Below are positions 49,801 through 62,740 of a stretch of 64,000 nt of DNA, one piece after another (within the stretch, counting starts at the first letter, position 1; each line of letters opens with the position of its first letter). The DNA is from Podarcis gaigeae (Eukaryota). A model generated the notes under the pieces. That model did no database searches. It was not told where the DNA came from and worked only from the letters and a program-made list of their open reading frames with translations. The translations under genes and the position numbers were made by a program. The DNA is taken from assembly GCA_964106915.2 (NCBI GenBank), contig OZ066915.1. One strand, 5' to 3'.

Positions 49801-52800
49801 TATGTCATGGCATATAAATTCTGTGTTCCCACATGCATACAGCCCCTTGTTATATTATGTAGCCAAGCACAGGTGAATGTGTTTCTTATATGTTAATCAT
49901 CTTTTTGCTTGTATGTTTGAAGTCAACAAGGCACATGTATAGTACTCTGGCTGTATCATCTCACAATTCATGTGCACTTGGGAAACATGAGATAAATTTC
50001 CGTATTGTGGAAAACTTGCATTTTAGTAAGAAAATAAAGCTTAGAAATCTTAATTTAGCTTTCTCCCTGACATGCAAGCTTTCCACATGCAGGGAGGTTT
50101 TTTTAAAAAAAGGTTTTCCATCAATAATCTCTCATATATTCCATTCATGTGAAGAAATCTGCTCCATTCCAGCCCAAATAGCTCAGAGGCTAATGTATGA
50201 AGTTTTAATTGGACTGTGTTAGCTTGTTGACAGAGTACAAATTTTCTATAACCATCTCTGAATAGGAGCACAGGTGAGTTTAAGGTTGGAGTTTATTTGT
50301 TACTTTTCACTCTTCCTCCTCCTAAGAGTCGAGTTGGTAAAGAGCATGAACAGATTCACTGAGTATTTGGAGCTGTTTGAGTTTAATGTGTTAAGCCACT
50401 GTTGAATTCATTTCTTTGGTTCTGCTGAGATGAGGAAGCAACCTTCACTAGGCATGTGTAGACAATGGCAGTTATCCACAAGCCATTTAGTTTGGAGTAG
50501 ACATACAGTAATGGTAATTACAGTTGAAGGGTAAAAAATGACAGCTTCCCATCAACTGTGCTTTAAATATTCCAGTACAGATTCAAACTACTGAGAGGAG
50601 CATATTGATTAACCTGCCATGATCTGAACCATGAATAGGAGAAGCCATCCATACATATACTTTCACATATACTCTCCTTTTGTCAAAATCCTCAATGAAA
50701 CGGTGCTTTGTGTAAGAGTTGCCTGAGTAGTTATACATAGTTTCTCCAGAAGTGAGCACATGACCTAGTGTCTCCTTCCTCTGAAGCCCACCTCTCCCCT
50801 TAACGGATTCTACAAGCTCTGAGTTGTCATCTTTGTGAACGTCCAGCATTTTGCAGACAAATAATTTCAGATATGAGTCCAGAATCCTAACAAGCTCTGG
50901 TGTTGTATGCCACCATCCCTTGGGACAATCAATAGAGGGATTGTCACAGTATTTGAGAGACCTGCCCGCTAATGTTTCCCAGGCTGCTTCAGGCAATCTT
51001 TCACATGTCCACTTCTTCCCAAAGAATTGAATTGCCGAAGGCATAACTGGAGCCTGCTCTTATTAGGCAGCTGTCTGGCAATCTGCTCTAAGATGTTCTG
51101 CTTGTTCTGTGGCTGGGCTGGCCTCTCTCTCTCTCTTGGCACTTGCTACGATTGTGAAGGGACTGGGTGATGAATAAAATTACCATCCATCTGTGATGAG
51201 AACACATCAGAGCATACCAAGGAGTACCAATGTTTCTTCTCTTCCATTCTAACCCTAGCTGACACAGTTTGCTATAATGGCAGTTTCAAATGCCTTGTAG
51301 CCAACACCTGGGATAGAATGTGATGTTACACAATTAACACACATGGGCAGATTTGTGTTGTTGTCTGTTGGGACATTTTACAGTTGAAGACATGCAGCTT
51401 TCCTAACAATTTCATTTTGAAGGCATAAATATCCATCGGTGTCTGCATCTCACTTTCATTAGCACCATATTCTGTGTCATCACTAAGATTCTCACTGGGT
51501 TATGAAAGAACTCTGATGCCTGATCAGAAGCCCATTTAAGTTCACAAGAGTCTGTCATTAATCACAATGAAGTTGTGATACTAAGAAATAACAGCCTGGG
51601 AGCCCAGAAATCTAAAAAATGAATGCACAGTGCAACAGGATTTTTAGAGAACACAAAATGCACCCTGTGGGTTCATTTTTCTTGGTTAGTGTACGTGAAT
51701 CCAAAAAAACTATAGGAGTGCAGGTTTTGATTCCCTCTAATGGTTGTTCTGGACATCTTAATGTTTGAGGTTTTATTTTATTTTATTGCTTTACTTACGT
51801 TTAAGCTTCCCTTCTTCCACTTAACTATCAATGTGTCACAACATTTTTTCAGTTGCAAAACCACCCTTAGCAGGAAGAGAAATGCAGACGGCTTCCTTCA
51901 CATCCCAACTGCACCCCACAGTAGTAGACTTGCATCTGAATGATGTCTAGATTCATGACAATCAATCTCTTTCTCCAGCCACTAACAGGAAGGGTAGGTC
52001 TCAACTGCCATCTCCCACCCCTGCCCTATTTTTTTCTTCATGGTTATATTCAAATGCTAATTCATAGGTACATACAAATCATAGCAGAGAGGTGTTTGGA
52101 ATTCCAAGCCCAAACTTTAAAAGTTTGTAGGTTACATATGGTTGATGCTGCTTTTCAGACAACATTCTGAAAACAACATTTCTTGGAAGGGAAACATTGA
52201 GAAATTTGGCTTTGCTTGAGGAACATAAAGAAGAACACGTTTCCATGGACTAATTTGTATATGTTAACTCTTAGCTGCCCTAAATTTGATTACACCTTTC
52301 ACGTTTCTGTGTTTGTTCATTCTGTGCATGCAGCTCACTTACATTCCCAACTTGAATACTGATACTTGCAGGTACAGATGATGAGTTCAGCAAGACTACT
52401 TCACTTTGACTTCAACCGTTTTGGAGATGATACATTTTGCTTGCATTCAAAGCTGGTTGGTCATAAGCTGCAAAGTGTCCATAGCAAAGTTAATTTGGGT
52501 TTTATATGCAGAAGTAGAGTTTATGACTTTGAATCCAATCATTTGCATACACAAAAGGCAGTGTGTGTTTGTGTGTACACACACATGTGTGTGCATACAG
52601 GAGTAGGTACTATGTTTGGAGCTGAAAGCCCCAAATTGTCATTGAGTGAGCAGCCTGCACTGAAAAGCAAAAAGATATGACAACTCAGTTCTGGTTTGTC
52701 ATTAAGATACTGGCAAAGCTGTCGGAGAAGTTTGCTTTTTAGTTTGGTCCTGAAGTGAAAAGCACTTGTTCTGTTATGTATTTAATCACTATTTTGATAT

Positions 52801-54161
52801 CATGTATAAGGCTTAAAGAAATCTATGTGCCCGACTGGTTTAGACATAGTTGTTGGGAATGGGGTGGGGTGGGTAATCCTTGTTGAAATTAAAAATGGCA
52901 AACAAAAAGCAAGCCCCTGTCCTCCACACTCTGTGAACACTTCAAAACAAAATCTGAACTCTGACTGAAGTGAAACATGCCTCACTGCTAAACACCTGAG
53001 ACTACATTTCAGGTACTGAAATATGTATAGTATTTACAAAAGCAACACTTTGGAAATGTATAATGATCTTTTATATCATGGATTTGCCGTGTTATAACTT
53101 TCTGGTTTTTCAAGATTTATAAAATTGAATGCTTTTCTTCTGCTGCACATAATGAAGCTGCCTTATGCTGAGTCAGGCCCTTGAGCCCAATATTGTCTGT
53201 TACTCTTGACGGGTAGTGGCTCTCTCAAGAGCTCGCCTTATGAGCTGAGGTCATTCAGCCAGAGGCTCCAATAACCATAGATGAGGCCTTTTGCGCTCTA
53301 CCTCTCAGCTAGATCTTCTCCTGTCCTTAATGAATATCTGTAATGCAAGGATGGGGAACTTGGTACCTTCCAGTTGTTGCAGGATTCCAACTCCCATCAG
53401 CCTCAGTCAGCATGGCTAGTAGTCAAAAATGCTCAAAGCTGTAGCCCAACAACATCTGGAGAGAGACACACATGTTTCCTGCTCTAATGGATTCTTCATT
53501 CCGCATATCTCTTAATTGAGCCTATAGGTAGATGAATTGCGGAGAAGGCTTCAACCCTATGTTCATGTGCTTTGAAGAAGGTCCCACTGAATAGAGTTGA
53601 ACCTAAAACATTCCTGAGATACACATGGCTGACATAATCTCTTTGGATTTGGTTTAGCATAATTACAGAATTATCTTTGTTGAGTTGGATGAGATGGGAC
53701 TGATGACTCCAAGTTTAAGGGCCCATGGCAAAGTGACAACCCTCCCCTGTGGGCGTAATGGCAATGGCAGTGCCATTTAAAATGTCCCCATATCCTCTGA
53801 CCTCATGTTGCTTTTCAGCACTGTGAAAGGTTTCAGTCACTCATAATCAGGTGGGTCCCAGTCCACAGCAGATGTCAGCACTGATGGGCCCTCAGCTCAA
53901 GGGAGCTATCAGTTGATGCTGGACCTAATATTAAGTGAAAACTTCCTCCCAGTGTGATTGCAAGGGTTGGGAAGGATGATAAATTTGAAACAATGCTCCA
54001 GGAAGCCTTGCTAGCTCCTCAAGAATAAAAGAAGCCAGGAAGATGACATTGAGAGAGAGATTTTTTTAATTTTTAAGTGTCATTTGAAAGGACTTATGGC
54101 ATATTACACTTGCCAGCAAAAAAATCCACTGTAAATCCTATGGATAATTGAGAGGTGTATA

Positions 54162-54403
54162 CAGTGGTGCCTCAGGTTAAGTACTTAATTCGTTCCGGAG
54201 GTCCGTTCTTAACCTGAAACTGTTCTTAACCTGAAGTACCACTTTAGCTAATGGGGCCTCCCACTGCTGCCACACCGCTGGAGCACAATTTCTGTTCTTA
54301 TCCTGAAGCAAAGTTCTTAACCTGAAGCACTATTTCTGGGTTAGCGGAGTCTGTAACCTGAAGCGTATGTAACCTGAAGCGTATGTAACCCAAGGTACCA
54401 CTG
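54162..54403. mobile_element. Tc1/mariner-superfamily (Tigger/pogo-like) MITE, 242 bp, with internal TAACCTGAAG repeats
   Basis: TA flanks; TIRs CAGTGGTGCCTCAGGTTA / CAGTGGTACCTTGGGTTA; several subterminal aacctgaag repeats. Confidence 0.88.
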
Positions 54404-55278
54404 TATATAGCACCATTGCACAACAATAATGGGATATATTGGGCACTTCCACATTGACAGTTTATTGTGGACTTGGTGCTGTTCATGCATACAAGTTTTT
54501 CATAGCATTTTCATGACAGCCCTATCAAATGTCATCTCATTCTCTCTCCCCTCCCCTATTTTAATCCAGAGTTACCATTTCCACAGGGTTTTTTTTTTTA
54601 TTTATCCAATTTTCTGCAGAAAATAATATGGGATGGGATTTTTAAGAGGAAAGTGTCATGTGGAATACCCAGATGTATAAGCAGCACTGAGTCCACAATA
54701 AACAGCCATTTACTCATTATCCCATTGGAAAGTGCATAACTTGAGTTGGAGGCTTAGAATTGATGGTGGATGAAAGCTCCCATGTGTCTAAAGTATCTTA
54801 ACATTATGTAATATGCATATGCAGCACTTTACTGCACTATTTCCTTATAGGGCTTATCAGGGGTTCTAAGGCTCTGCACAATGTAATCCCTCTAGAAACT
54901 AAAAGCAGGTAAAATAATCTCAAAACCAGGAGATATATTTTACTTTAGTGTGCTATTCAGTTTCCCTGATGCAGGATTGCTAGAAGAATGGGCTTGAAAT
55001 ACTGTTATGGGCAGCAAGATGTCATGTAACACAGCTGCAAAAACAGGATCCACTTCTGCAGTTGTAGAACTATAAGCTACTCACACAATTTGACACCATG
55101 ATCTATAAATAGAATACTAAATTGCTGGTGTCAGGATCTATAGAGGAATTAAGGGGAAATGACAGGTATCGACACAGTGGAAATGTGACTTACATAGGCC
55201 AACTAATGGAGCTGCAGTGAATTGGGAAGGTGGGGAGGGGTTCAGAGCCATTTCTCACTTTGTTTTGTACTGACTAAG

Positions 55279-55356
55279 ACAGGAGTGCCTGGCATGCTCT
55301 GGTCCATGGAGTCACGAAGTGTCAGACACGACTAAATGACTAAACAACAACAACAA
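55279..55356 (+). mobile_element. RTE-BovB-type 3' end fragment with (CAA)n tail
   Basis: gcctggcatgctctggtccatggagtcacgaagtgtcagacacgactaaatgactaaac(aac)n; possible TSD actaag at 55273-78 and 55357-62. Confidence 0.82.
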
Positions 55357-56718
55357 ACTAAGTGTGCATATCTGGCTACAAGATATACATACTGCATACA
55401 GTAAACCTAGTTCCCTTGATGCTTTTAATATAACAGTATGTGGGTTAGGAATCACAGGACTGGATACACTTTTTGGAACATGATCCCCTGAGAACCTACA
55501 CTGAGACATGTAGTGATTGAGTTATAACAGATTTGGAATCTGGGGCGAAATGTGGAGTAGCCATATTTGTGGATGACACCTATCAGAGAAACTGAAGCAA
55601 CACATTTCCCAGATTCACCACATGGCTTTTGAGGTCCCTTCCAACTCTGTAATTCTTTTCAGGATGATGAAATCTCAAGCAAATTCAAAGAGGTTCAGAA
55701 GGCAGCAGCAGCATGCAAGGAAACTCTGGTGGGGTCTGCAAAGTGGACACAAACATGCAAACTTGCTCTAAGGGTTGCTGGTTCAAATCAGTTTTTGGTT
55801 ACCCCCTACCCTTTCCTGGCAACCATAATTATATGTAAAGGGGGCTTTTCATTAGGCAGAGACATAAATTAATGCACACATTCTCCCAGGGTCACTGGTT
55901 CAAATACGTCAAGGGGAAAACATGGTACACACACCCTGATAGTGGCTGGAAAGGACCGAGACAATAGTGAAATGGGCAAGGAGTGCATGACTTGCACCCA
56001 GCAGAAGCTTCACTTAGGGTGTCTGTTCCCCTGGGCTGTCTTGTCATGGAATATGCCAGGATTTAAGAGCCTGCTCTCTCTGTGTATGTAGGTTGGCGAC
56101 TTCTAGGGGAACAGCGGGCTGCATCTGGCCACTGCTGGTGAGGCCTCCTTCATCGTCTACATGGAACAATTTCTTGTTCTCATCAGCTGTATCTGTTGGG
56201 TGTCATCCATGGAGAACAGAGAGAGAAAGAGAGATGAACAATTCTAGTCCTCTGGAAAAGCAAGTTCCTGAAGCTGGATGCACCAGTGCATCAAGTGAAG
56301 AGGTGAGAAGGAAGAGTGAGCAGTGATGCCTGAGTGCTCCAGCCAGTGGACATATCTCAGCCTCCCTTCTCTGGGAGAGGGGCTGTCTGCAGTGACTGAT
56401 CACTCTCAACCCTTCCTCCTACTGCGGCTTTCTGCTTGTTCTGCTCCATTCATCTGGGCTGTGCTCCTGCAAGGCAAAATTGCTCATGAGTGAACAACAG
56501 TAAGAATGGTTGGAGCAGAATGTGTGGCCTTTGCCAGTGGAACTTAGCTGTTTGTGGGCACAATGCACCCGCTATGTGGAAGGTGTTAACACCCCCCCCC
56601 CCCCGTTGAGGCAGTAAATGGTCAAAGCCAAGAAGAATACAGGGCCTAGGAAGAGAGACCAATTGAAGCCCTGTGAGCCAGAGGTTTCCTCACCCGGTTA
56701 TGCATACAGCAAGGAAGT

Positions 56719-56963
56719 TGAAATATACTCGGAGTTGCACAGTGATTTCATGCTCTTTATTGCAGTTCGTCAAACAGTGAATGAATCCCCCCCCAAAACC
56801 CCTCTAGCTTTACATACATTATTTATACAATGGGTCCCATCTGATTGGCTGCTTCTGCTTCCCTCCTGGAGCCTAGCTGGGCTGCTCCTGCAGGCCAATC
56901 AGGTTGTTGCATTCTAGGATCCTACCTGCCTATTGTTCTAGGATCCAAGTTTAGTACATAACA
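56719..56963 (-). mobile_element. Solo LTR (Gypsy-like), 245 bp
   Basis: The minus strand reads TGTTATGTACT...CCAAT/ATTGG boxes...TATAAATAA...AATAAAGAGCATG...GAGTATATTTCA. Near-perfect 5-bp TSD gaagt (56714-18) / gatgt (56964-68). Confidence 0.82.
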
Positions 56964-58219
56964 GATGTTTCTTGATGTGCCAGGGGTCATGCCTAACCAC
57001 ACCACCACTCAACCAGCCTGCTCAGATTTTACAGAAGGGTCATCTGAATTCTCCCTGATTCCTGCTGCCATGCAAAATGGCCTGCTGTGAAGGGCAGTTT
57101 CACCCCTGCTATCTCCCAGCAATGTTCCATACTCTAATTTGAGCCACCTCAAAAGGGAATTTGTGGCTTTAAATTCTTTACTTCCTCCTCAAAGTGTTCA
57201 CCATTTTCTTAATGGGGAGAAGCAACTTTCCTTTTGGGGCTTCTGAATTGCTAAATAGAGCACAAATGAGGCATAAGGGGTGGGGGAAGTTACACAAAAG
57301 TTTTAGCCAGCCAAAGATGTTAAGAGAAGATGTTAAGAGCATGAGAGGTGAGACAGGCAGGGACATGAAAGGGCAGCTTTTGAAACCAGACAAGAAGGTA
57401 TGGGGAGAGCTGGCAAGACTACAAAGTGTGGCAGAATTAATGGGGACAGGAAACTAGCAAAAAAGTATTGCCAACTGAAAAATATGCAGTTAGGGATGTA
57501 TTCAGCAGAGGGTAGATTTAGAAAGGTTTGATCATTGGCTCTTTTCATCTGTTAAATAGATGGATTTGTTAGGGGCATTTAGGACATTGTGGTTTCTGCT
57601 CTTAAGTATGTATGATGGTCGGACAAGATGAGCTTTTGGATGCTTTCCAGATGTATAGTTTTAATGCAGCCCACAGCACCACACTTCATTTAGCCAGGGG
57701 TGCCACATAAACACTGGCAGCCTGGCACTATTAAGGTAGGATATAAATTATAGAAAGAAACAGGAATACACTCTGGGATTTTAAGGGGAAAATCCATTCT
57801 TGATTACTGAGTCAAAATGTATGTGGACAGCTAAGACCAGTGAAAGGGTTTGGGCTCTCAAAGGTTGGGCAGTGGCAAAGGAGGATGGGTTATGGAGAAG
57901 GGATGAAGACACAAATAAGAAGGCTCCTGATTAAGGCCAGTACCACACAGCACAGAAATAAGAACAACTGGTCAGTCATCTTGTTTGCTTCAACCACCTA
58001 ATGGCAGGGAAGCTGCTCCCATGCTGACTTCAAGACCATTTTCAAAAGTGCCCATCAAATGTGGCTAGTGAGCCCACACAAGGGCAATTCCTCCCCCCTA
58101 GGCTTCTTCAAGTCATGTCTGCCTCAGATTGCTATGGCCAAGGGCCATCTGTGGCTCAGAAATGTCAGAAATGAGACATACTGGGCAGATGCTTCTTTGC
58201 GGGCAGATGCTTCTTTGCT

Positions 58220-58393
58220 GTAGGCAGCTCACTGGTAGAACACATCCTTTGCACCAAACAGGTGCATCTCCAGGGAGGGCTGGCTGGGAATGATTTGTGT
58301 CTGGAGAGCTGCTGCTACCAATCAGTGTAGACCTCACTGACCTGGATGCACCAATAGCCTGGTTTGGTATATGGGCAGCTTCCAGTGTTCTAA
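58220..58393 (+). mobile_element. Squam3-like tRNA-derived SINE (degraded)
   Basis: agctcactggtagaacacatcctttgca...ctggagagctgctgctaccaatcagtgtagac...ggcagcttccagtgttct. Related degraded copies appear near 2740-2900(-), 5240-5430(-), 15690-15910(-), 17500-17670(+), 42985-43130(-) and 53150-53310(-). Confidence 0.6.
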
Positions 58394-59252
58394 CAGCTTT
58401 GTCCAATTGATTTCCTGTTGTAAAGTGGAAAGTCTGAAAGGAAATTACTAGACTTAAAAACAATCCAGCAGAAATCTAGTTCAGTTGCACAGCTAACCAA
58501 GTCCCATCTTCTTATGGTTTTTTTAAAAGGACTCATCAATTCTCCTTTTTAAAAGAAATATTTAGGAAAGAGAGTTATATATAATGTCAGGGAATATAAT
58601 GCCAGGGAAAGCAGGGGATGTTCTCACATGCCAATAAGCCGAGCCTCTTTGGGGATAGAGATCATGCTTCAAGATAACACCAAAATTATTGGAAGCAAAT
58701 GCAAAGTTTGAGCCCTAACATCTCAAGGTGACAGTTGCCAGGGTGTTTGTTTCCTCTCATTAGGAAATCGGTGGTGTCTTTGGGGTTGTGAATGTGACTC
58801 TTCTCCAGGGAAAGGCAAACATTCTAGCCACATTCATTTGGAAACGTGATGGGCATCCTGTTTTGAAAAGGTCAGAAATAATCCTCAAAAATAACAATTG
58901 ACATGTGACAATTCAGGACTATTTTGTGCTCTGTCTGATAAAATATTAAAATCCTCCAGCCTGGGTGGAAAATATTTCTCTCCCCATGTGTTTGTCTTTG
59001 TTCCTCGTTATTACAAAACAACAACAAAAAGGCCTGAAATATTTATGCCAGGCTGTCTCTGTACTGAGGGCAGCTACCTGACTGAGATTCCTAAAGGCAC
59101 CTTGTCCTCTCACCTTGTCAGCTGGTGGAGAGCCTTGGGAAGCAGCTGCTGGTGTTGCCAAAGAACACCAAAACCGGAAACTGGAAAAAGAAAAAGTGCT
59201 TGAAAAGGCCCATTTCTCAGGCTCATTCTTGATTTACTAAAGTCACCCTAAG

Positions 59253-59650
59253 GTAAGGATTGGGAGGGGGGACAATTTTGTTTCAGGTTAGAGTAAAAGA
59301 TAAATCTACCCATTTTTTCTACTTTCCAAAACAATTTGCAAACACCCCCTTCCTGTGTAATTTGCATTTCTTCAAATTTTGCAGTGCAGGTCTCCAGCCA
59401 AATAATGTGCACAGAAATGCACGTATTAGTGAAAATAATGTGTGGGGAGGGAATGCATGCTATTAGGGAAAATATAAATATTAAGTAAACTGCTTCACAA
59501 CAATACCTATACTAGGCAAAATTGCATAGAAATGTGCCATATTAGGAAAAATTGGCGCTAAAAAGCAAATGGGTTTCCATGAGAGATTTTTTGAATAAAT
59601 TGCAAACTGATATGGAAATGTGCAGAACTGAAGACTGGAAGGGGTGATTT
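59253..59650. mobile_element. Old AT-rich non-autonomous DNA element (second copy at ~17830-18093)
   Basis: Both copies share ttttg(c/t)(a/g)gt(g/a)cag...cc(a)gcca...aaattgcaaa(c/t)t(g/a)at...aaatgtg...gaactga...aagactg. Confidence 0.55.
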
Positions 59651-61577
59651 TTCCTTGTCATTTTCATGTGAAAGGCCTTTCTTCCAGTTTTGCCAGCATG
59701 CAGTGAGATCTGATGTGTAAGTATGTAACTTTCATTTTCAGTAATAGGGTATGTATCAAATAGCAACATGTAGGTATGTGAACACACGGCCTGATAAAAG
59801 TGTGACAGCATGCATGTAGCCAGTTGTCATCATAGCTCTGGATGGCAAATAATCATCAAACTTTTTTTTATTTTGTCTAGTACAGCATTTAGTAGTAAGC
59901 AATGTATGGTGTAAGTGGAATGCATTGTATCATATTTTATTAAAGTGGAGCTTAGGAGCCTAAGAATCACAGAGCACAGGAATCCACTGTGCTCAGTAAT
60001 ACCCCCCCCCCCCAATGGATATTTGGTTCACTTGCTTTAGGCCTCCAAATTCTTATCACACAGAGTGCCTTATTGACACCAGAGAAACAGTGCATGAAAG
60101 TGTCTTTCAGAAACACGGCCTGCACATAACAGAAGGGATGCCATGTGGCTTCAGCAGGGGGAAGAGAGTGGAATAAAATTCAACAGCTGTGTGACAGGCA
60201 AAGGTCTCTCACCAACAGCTGTTCAACCTCTTTCCCACTCCTGTCTCTTGCTCACTTTCGAAAGCAAAGTAAGAAAACAGACTAACTGGTCTCGGAATCC
60301 CATGAAGGGTCATTTTCAGGAAAACATAACCAAATAAAAGAAGAAGCTCTAAGCTGATGTTTGATCTCACTTGGCAGTTTTGTGATCTGCAGGAAAGGGA
60401 GTGGGGGGAAACTCCAGCAGCTCCGCTCAGTTTACATTAACTTTTCATCTGCCCAACATCCATATCCCTCATCTGAGCACAAGAGGAAAGCTGGCAGAGC
60501 CTGAATTGGTAGGTTCTGAATTCTCTACCAACATCAGATATGCAGCCATTTCTAACAGACTCCACATGGATTTCTCTTTAAACTTGCATTCTCTCAGATC
60601 TGTTCCCCACCCACCTATTTGATTGTGACCACAGTTGTCTCTTCTTCTCCCTTTGTTGCATGCACAACCAATTTAGCATCTATGTGGTAGCATCCCAGTT
60701 CAGCCCCATCGTCACCACTGCCACCCCATCGCTTGTTACCTCTTTGCTTTGGCCTCTGCCTTATTTTCCCTTTCATCTAATCTGAATAACTTTCTCTCGG
60801 CCTTGCATTTTTCAGGCACCATTCCTCCTGTGCAGTTTCCAACCATCTTCACAGTTTCCAACTTCCTCATTGTTTCCCTCATACTTCCCTGCCTAATATT
60901 CCCTTCACTTGCAATCTGAGTTCTGAGACCAAAGGCTTAGATCTTCTGTCAATTCCAATCCAGCAATGCCTGTTGCAACTTTTCTGCAATCAGTCACTTC
61001 CTCTCTTATTTCTTTTAACTTAGAGCTGGTTCAAACATTAGTTTCTGATGCCTGCCCTCAAAAGGAAGGCATCTTATCATGTGACTAGAGTGAGGCATGA
61101 GCCAAGAACTAATGGATTACAGCTGTAACAATTTCCATGATCACTGAAGTGCCAGCATTTTATTTATTTGGTCAGTTGGATTTAGAGCCCATTCAGTCTT
61201 AAGGCCCCAGGACTGGTTAATAAAGATGTTATTCTACTTATCCTTTCTAGGTTGAATAAAAATGTCTTACATTGCTTCCAAAAGATACTGCTTTGGTGAG
61301 TTGCTGCTCTACACCTGTCCTTGTGATCCTGGCTTGGCTCATCATTAAGAAACATTCCCAGCTGATCTTAGAAGTCATTGTGTTGGGACAAAGAGATTGA
61401 CTCAGGCCATGCAATATCAAATAGTCAACATCAAACATTAAATTGATCCCTAGTGATTAAACAGCACAAACACCTGCAAGTCTACTCCAACATGTCATTG
61501 AGTTCAATGGGGCTTAATTCTAGGATCGCAACCTTAAATATGCCTCACTACATTCTTTTATCACTTGTGCCTTTATC

Positions 61578-61840
61578 CATGAGAACAGTCTGTTGGAAAA
61601 AGGCCAATGGTTCATCTAGTCCAGCATGCTGTTCTCGCAGTGACCAATCAAATGCCTGTGGGAGCAGAACATGAGTGCAACAGCACTTTCCCTTCCCATG
61701 GTTTCTTGCTGCTTCCAACTGTGGAGGTAGAGCATAAGCATCATGGCTAGTAGACATTGAGCCCTCTCATCCATGGATTTGCCTAATCCTCTTTTAAAGC
61801 CATCCAAATTGGTGGCTATCACCATCTCCTGGGGGAGCAA
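61578..61840 (-). mobile_element. Degraded CR1-type 3' end
   Basis: Same family; the minus-strand ORF contains MVIATNLDGFKRGLGKSM, a typical CR1 ORF2 C-terminus. Confidence 0.75.
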
Positions 61841-62070
61841 ACCAGTTTTAAGGTTTATTGTTACTTTACCATGTTGCATGCCCTCTTTTCACCAGTGATT
61901 GCCAAATGCTGCAAAAAAAATTGATCAGATTTAACTGTACACAAACCCAGAAGGTCAAGATGATTAGCTCCATAGTTGCATTAGGAGGAAGCGTGACATA
62001 GACAGTTATCATGCTTGCAACCCAGGTCAGAAAAGGGGGTAGAGAAGCCCAGTTCAGATTTGACAGGTCT

Positions 62071-62740
62071 CCCTCAGAGGTTGTGGACTCTCCTTCCTTG
62101 GAGATTTTTAAGCAGAGGTTGGATGGACATCTGTCATGGATGCTTTAGTTGCAGGGGTTTGGATTAGATGACCCTCAGTGGAAACCGGAGGCTTTTCTCT
62201 TGGGCATGGTCGGCCAGTTGGTGCCAAGGAAGGATAGGACTTTTTTTATGTATGCGACCACAGCAGCAAGGACCCTGTTGGCAAAGTATTGGAAGATGCA
62301 AGAACTACCTACTCTGGAAGAATGGCAGACAAAGGTGATTGACTTTATGGGACTGGCAGAGATGACCGGCAGAATCCGTGACCAGGGGAAAGAGACAGTG
62401 GAAGAGGACTGGAAGAAATTTAAAATATATCTTAAAAATTGTTGTAAAATTGAGGACTGATAAGATGTCTGGGGGTAAGAAATAGAGAATTACAGCTGTA
62501 AACATTAACATTAAGGAAATTTAAAGAAAACTACTAGAGAAATTGACTGAAGGGTTGCTAAAGAGTTGTAAAACAAGGATGCAGTGAAAGGGAGGTATGG
62601 GGAAGTCATGTTTTAAATGTTTTTTATATGTTTTTGTTTTGTGTTTTGTTTGTCTTTTTGTTAAAAAACCAATAAAAATTATTATTAAAAAAAATAGATG
62701 ACCCTCAGTGTTGCTTCCAACTCTACAATTCTACGATTCT
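62071..62740 (+). mobile_element. CR1 LINE 3' end, interrupted by the L1/Tx1 insertion
   Basis: cagaggttgtggactctccttccttggagatttttaagcagaggttggatgg...tagatgaccctc...cttccaactctacaattctacgattct is the typical CR1 3' terminus with an ATTCTRTG-like tail. Confidence 0.85.
62181..62694 (+). mobile_element. 5'-truncated L1/Tx1-clade LINE 3' end with 16-bp TSD, inserted in a CR1 3' end
   Basis: Same family as 28678-29211 (KPEAFLLGMVGQLV...MYATTAARTLLAKYWK...DWKKFKIYL), with AATAAA and poly(A). TSD tagatgaccctcagtg is at 62165-62180 and 62695-62710. Confidence 0.93.
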
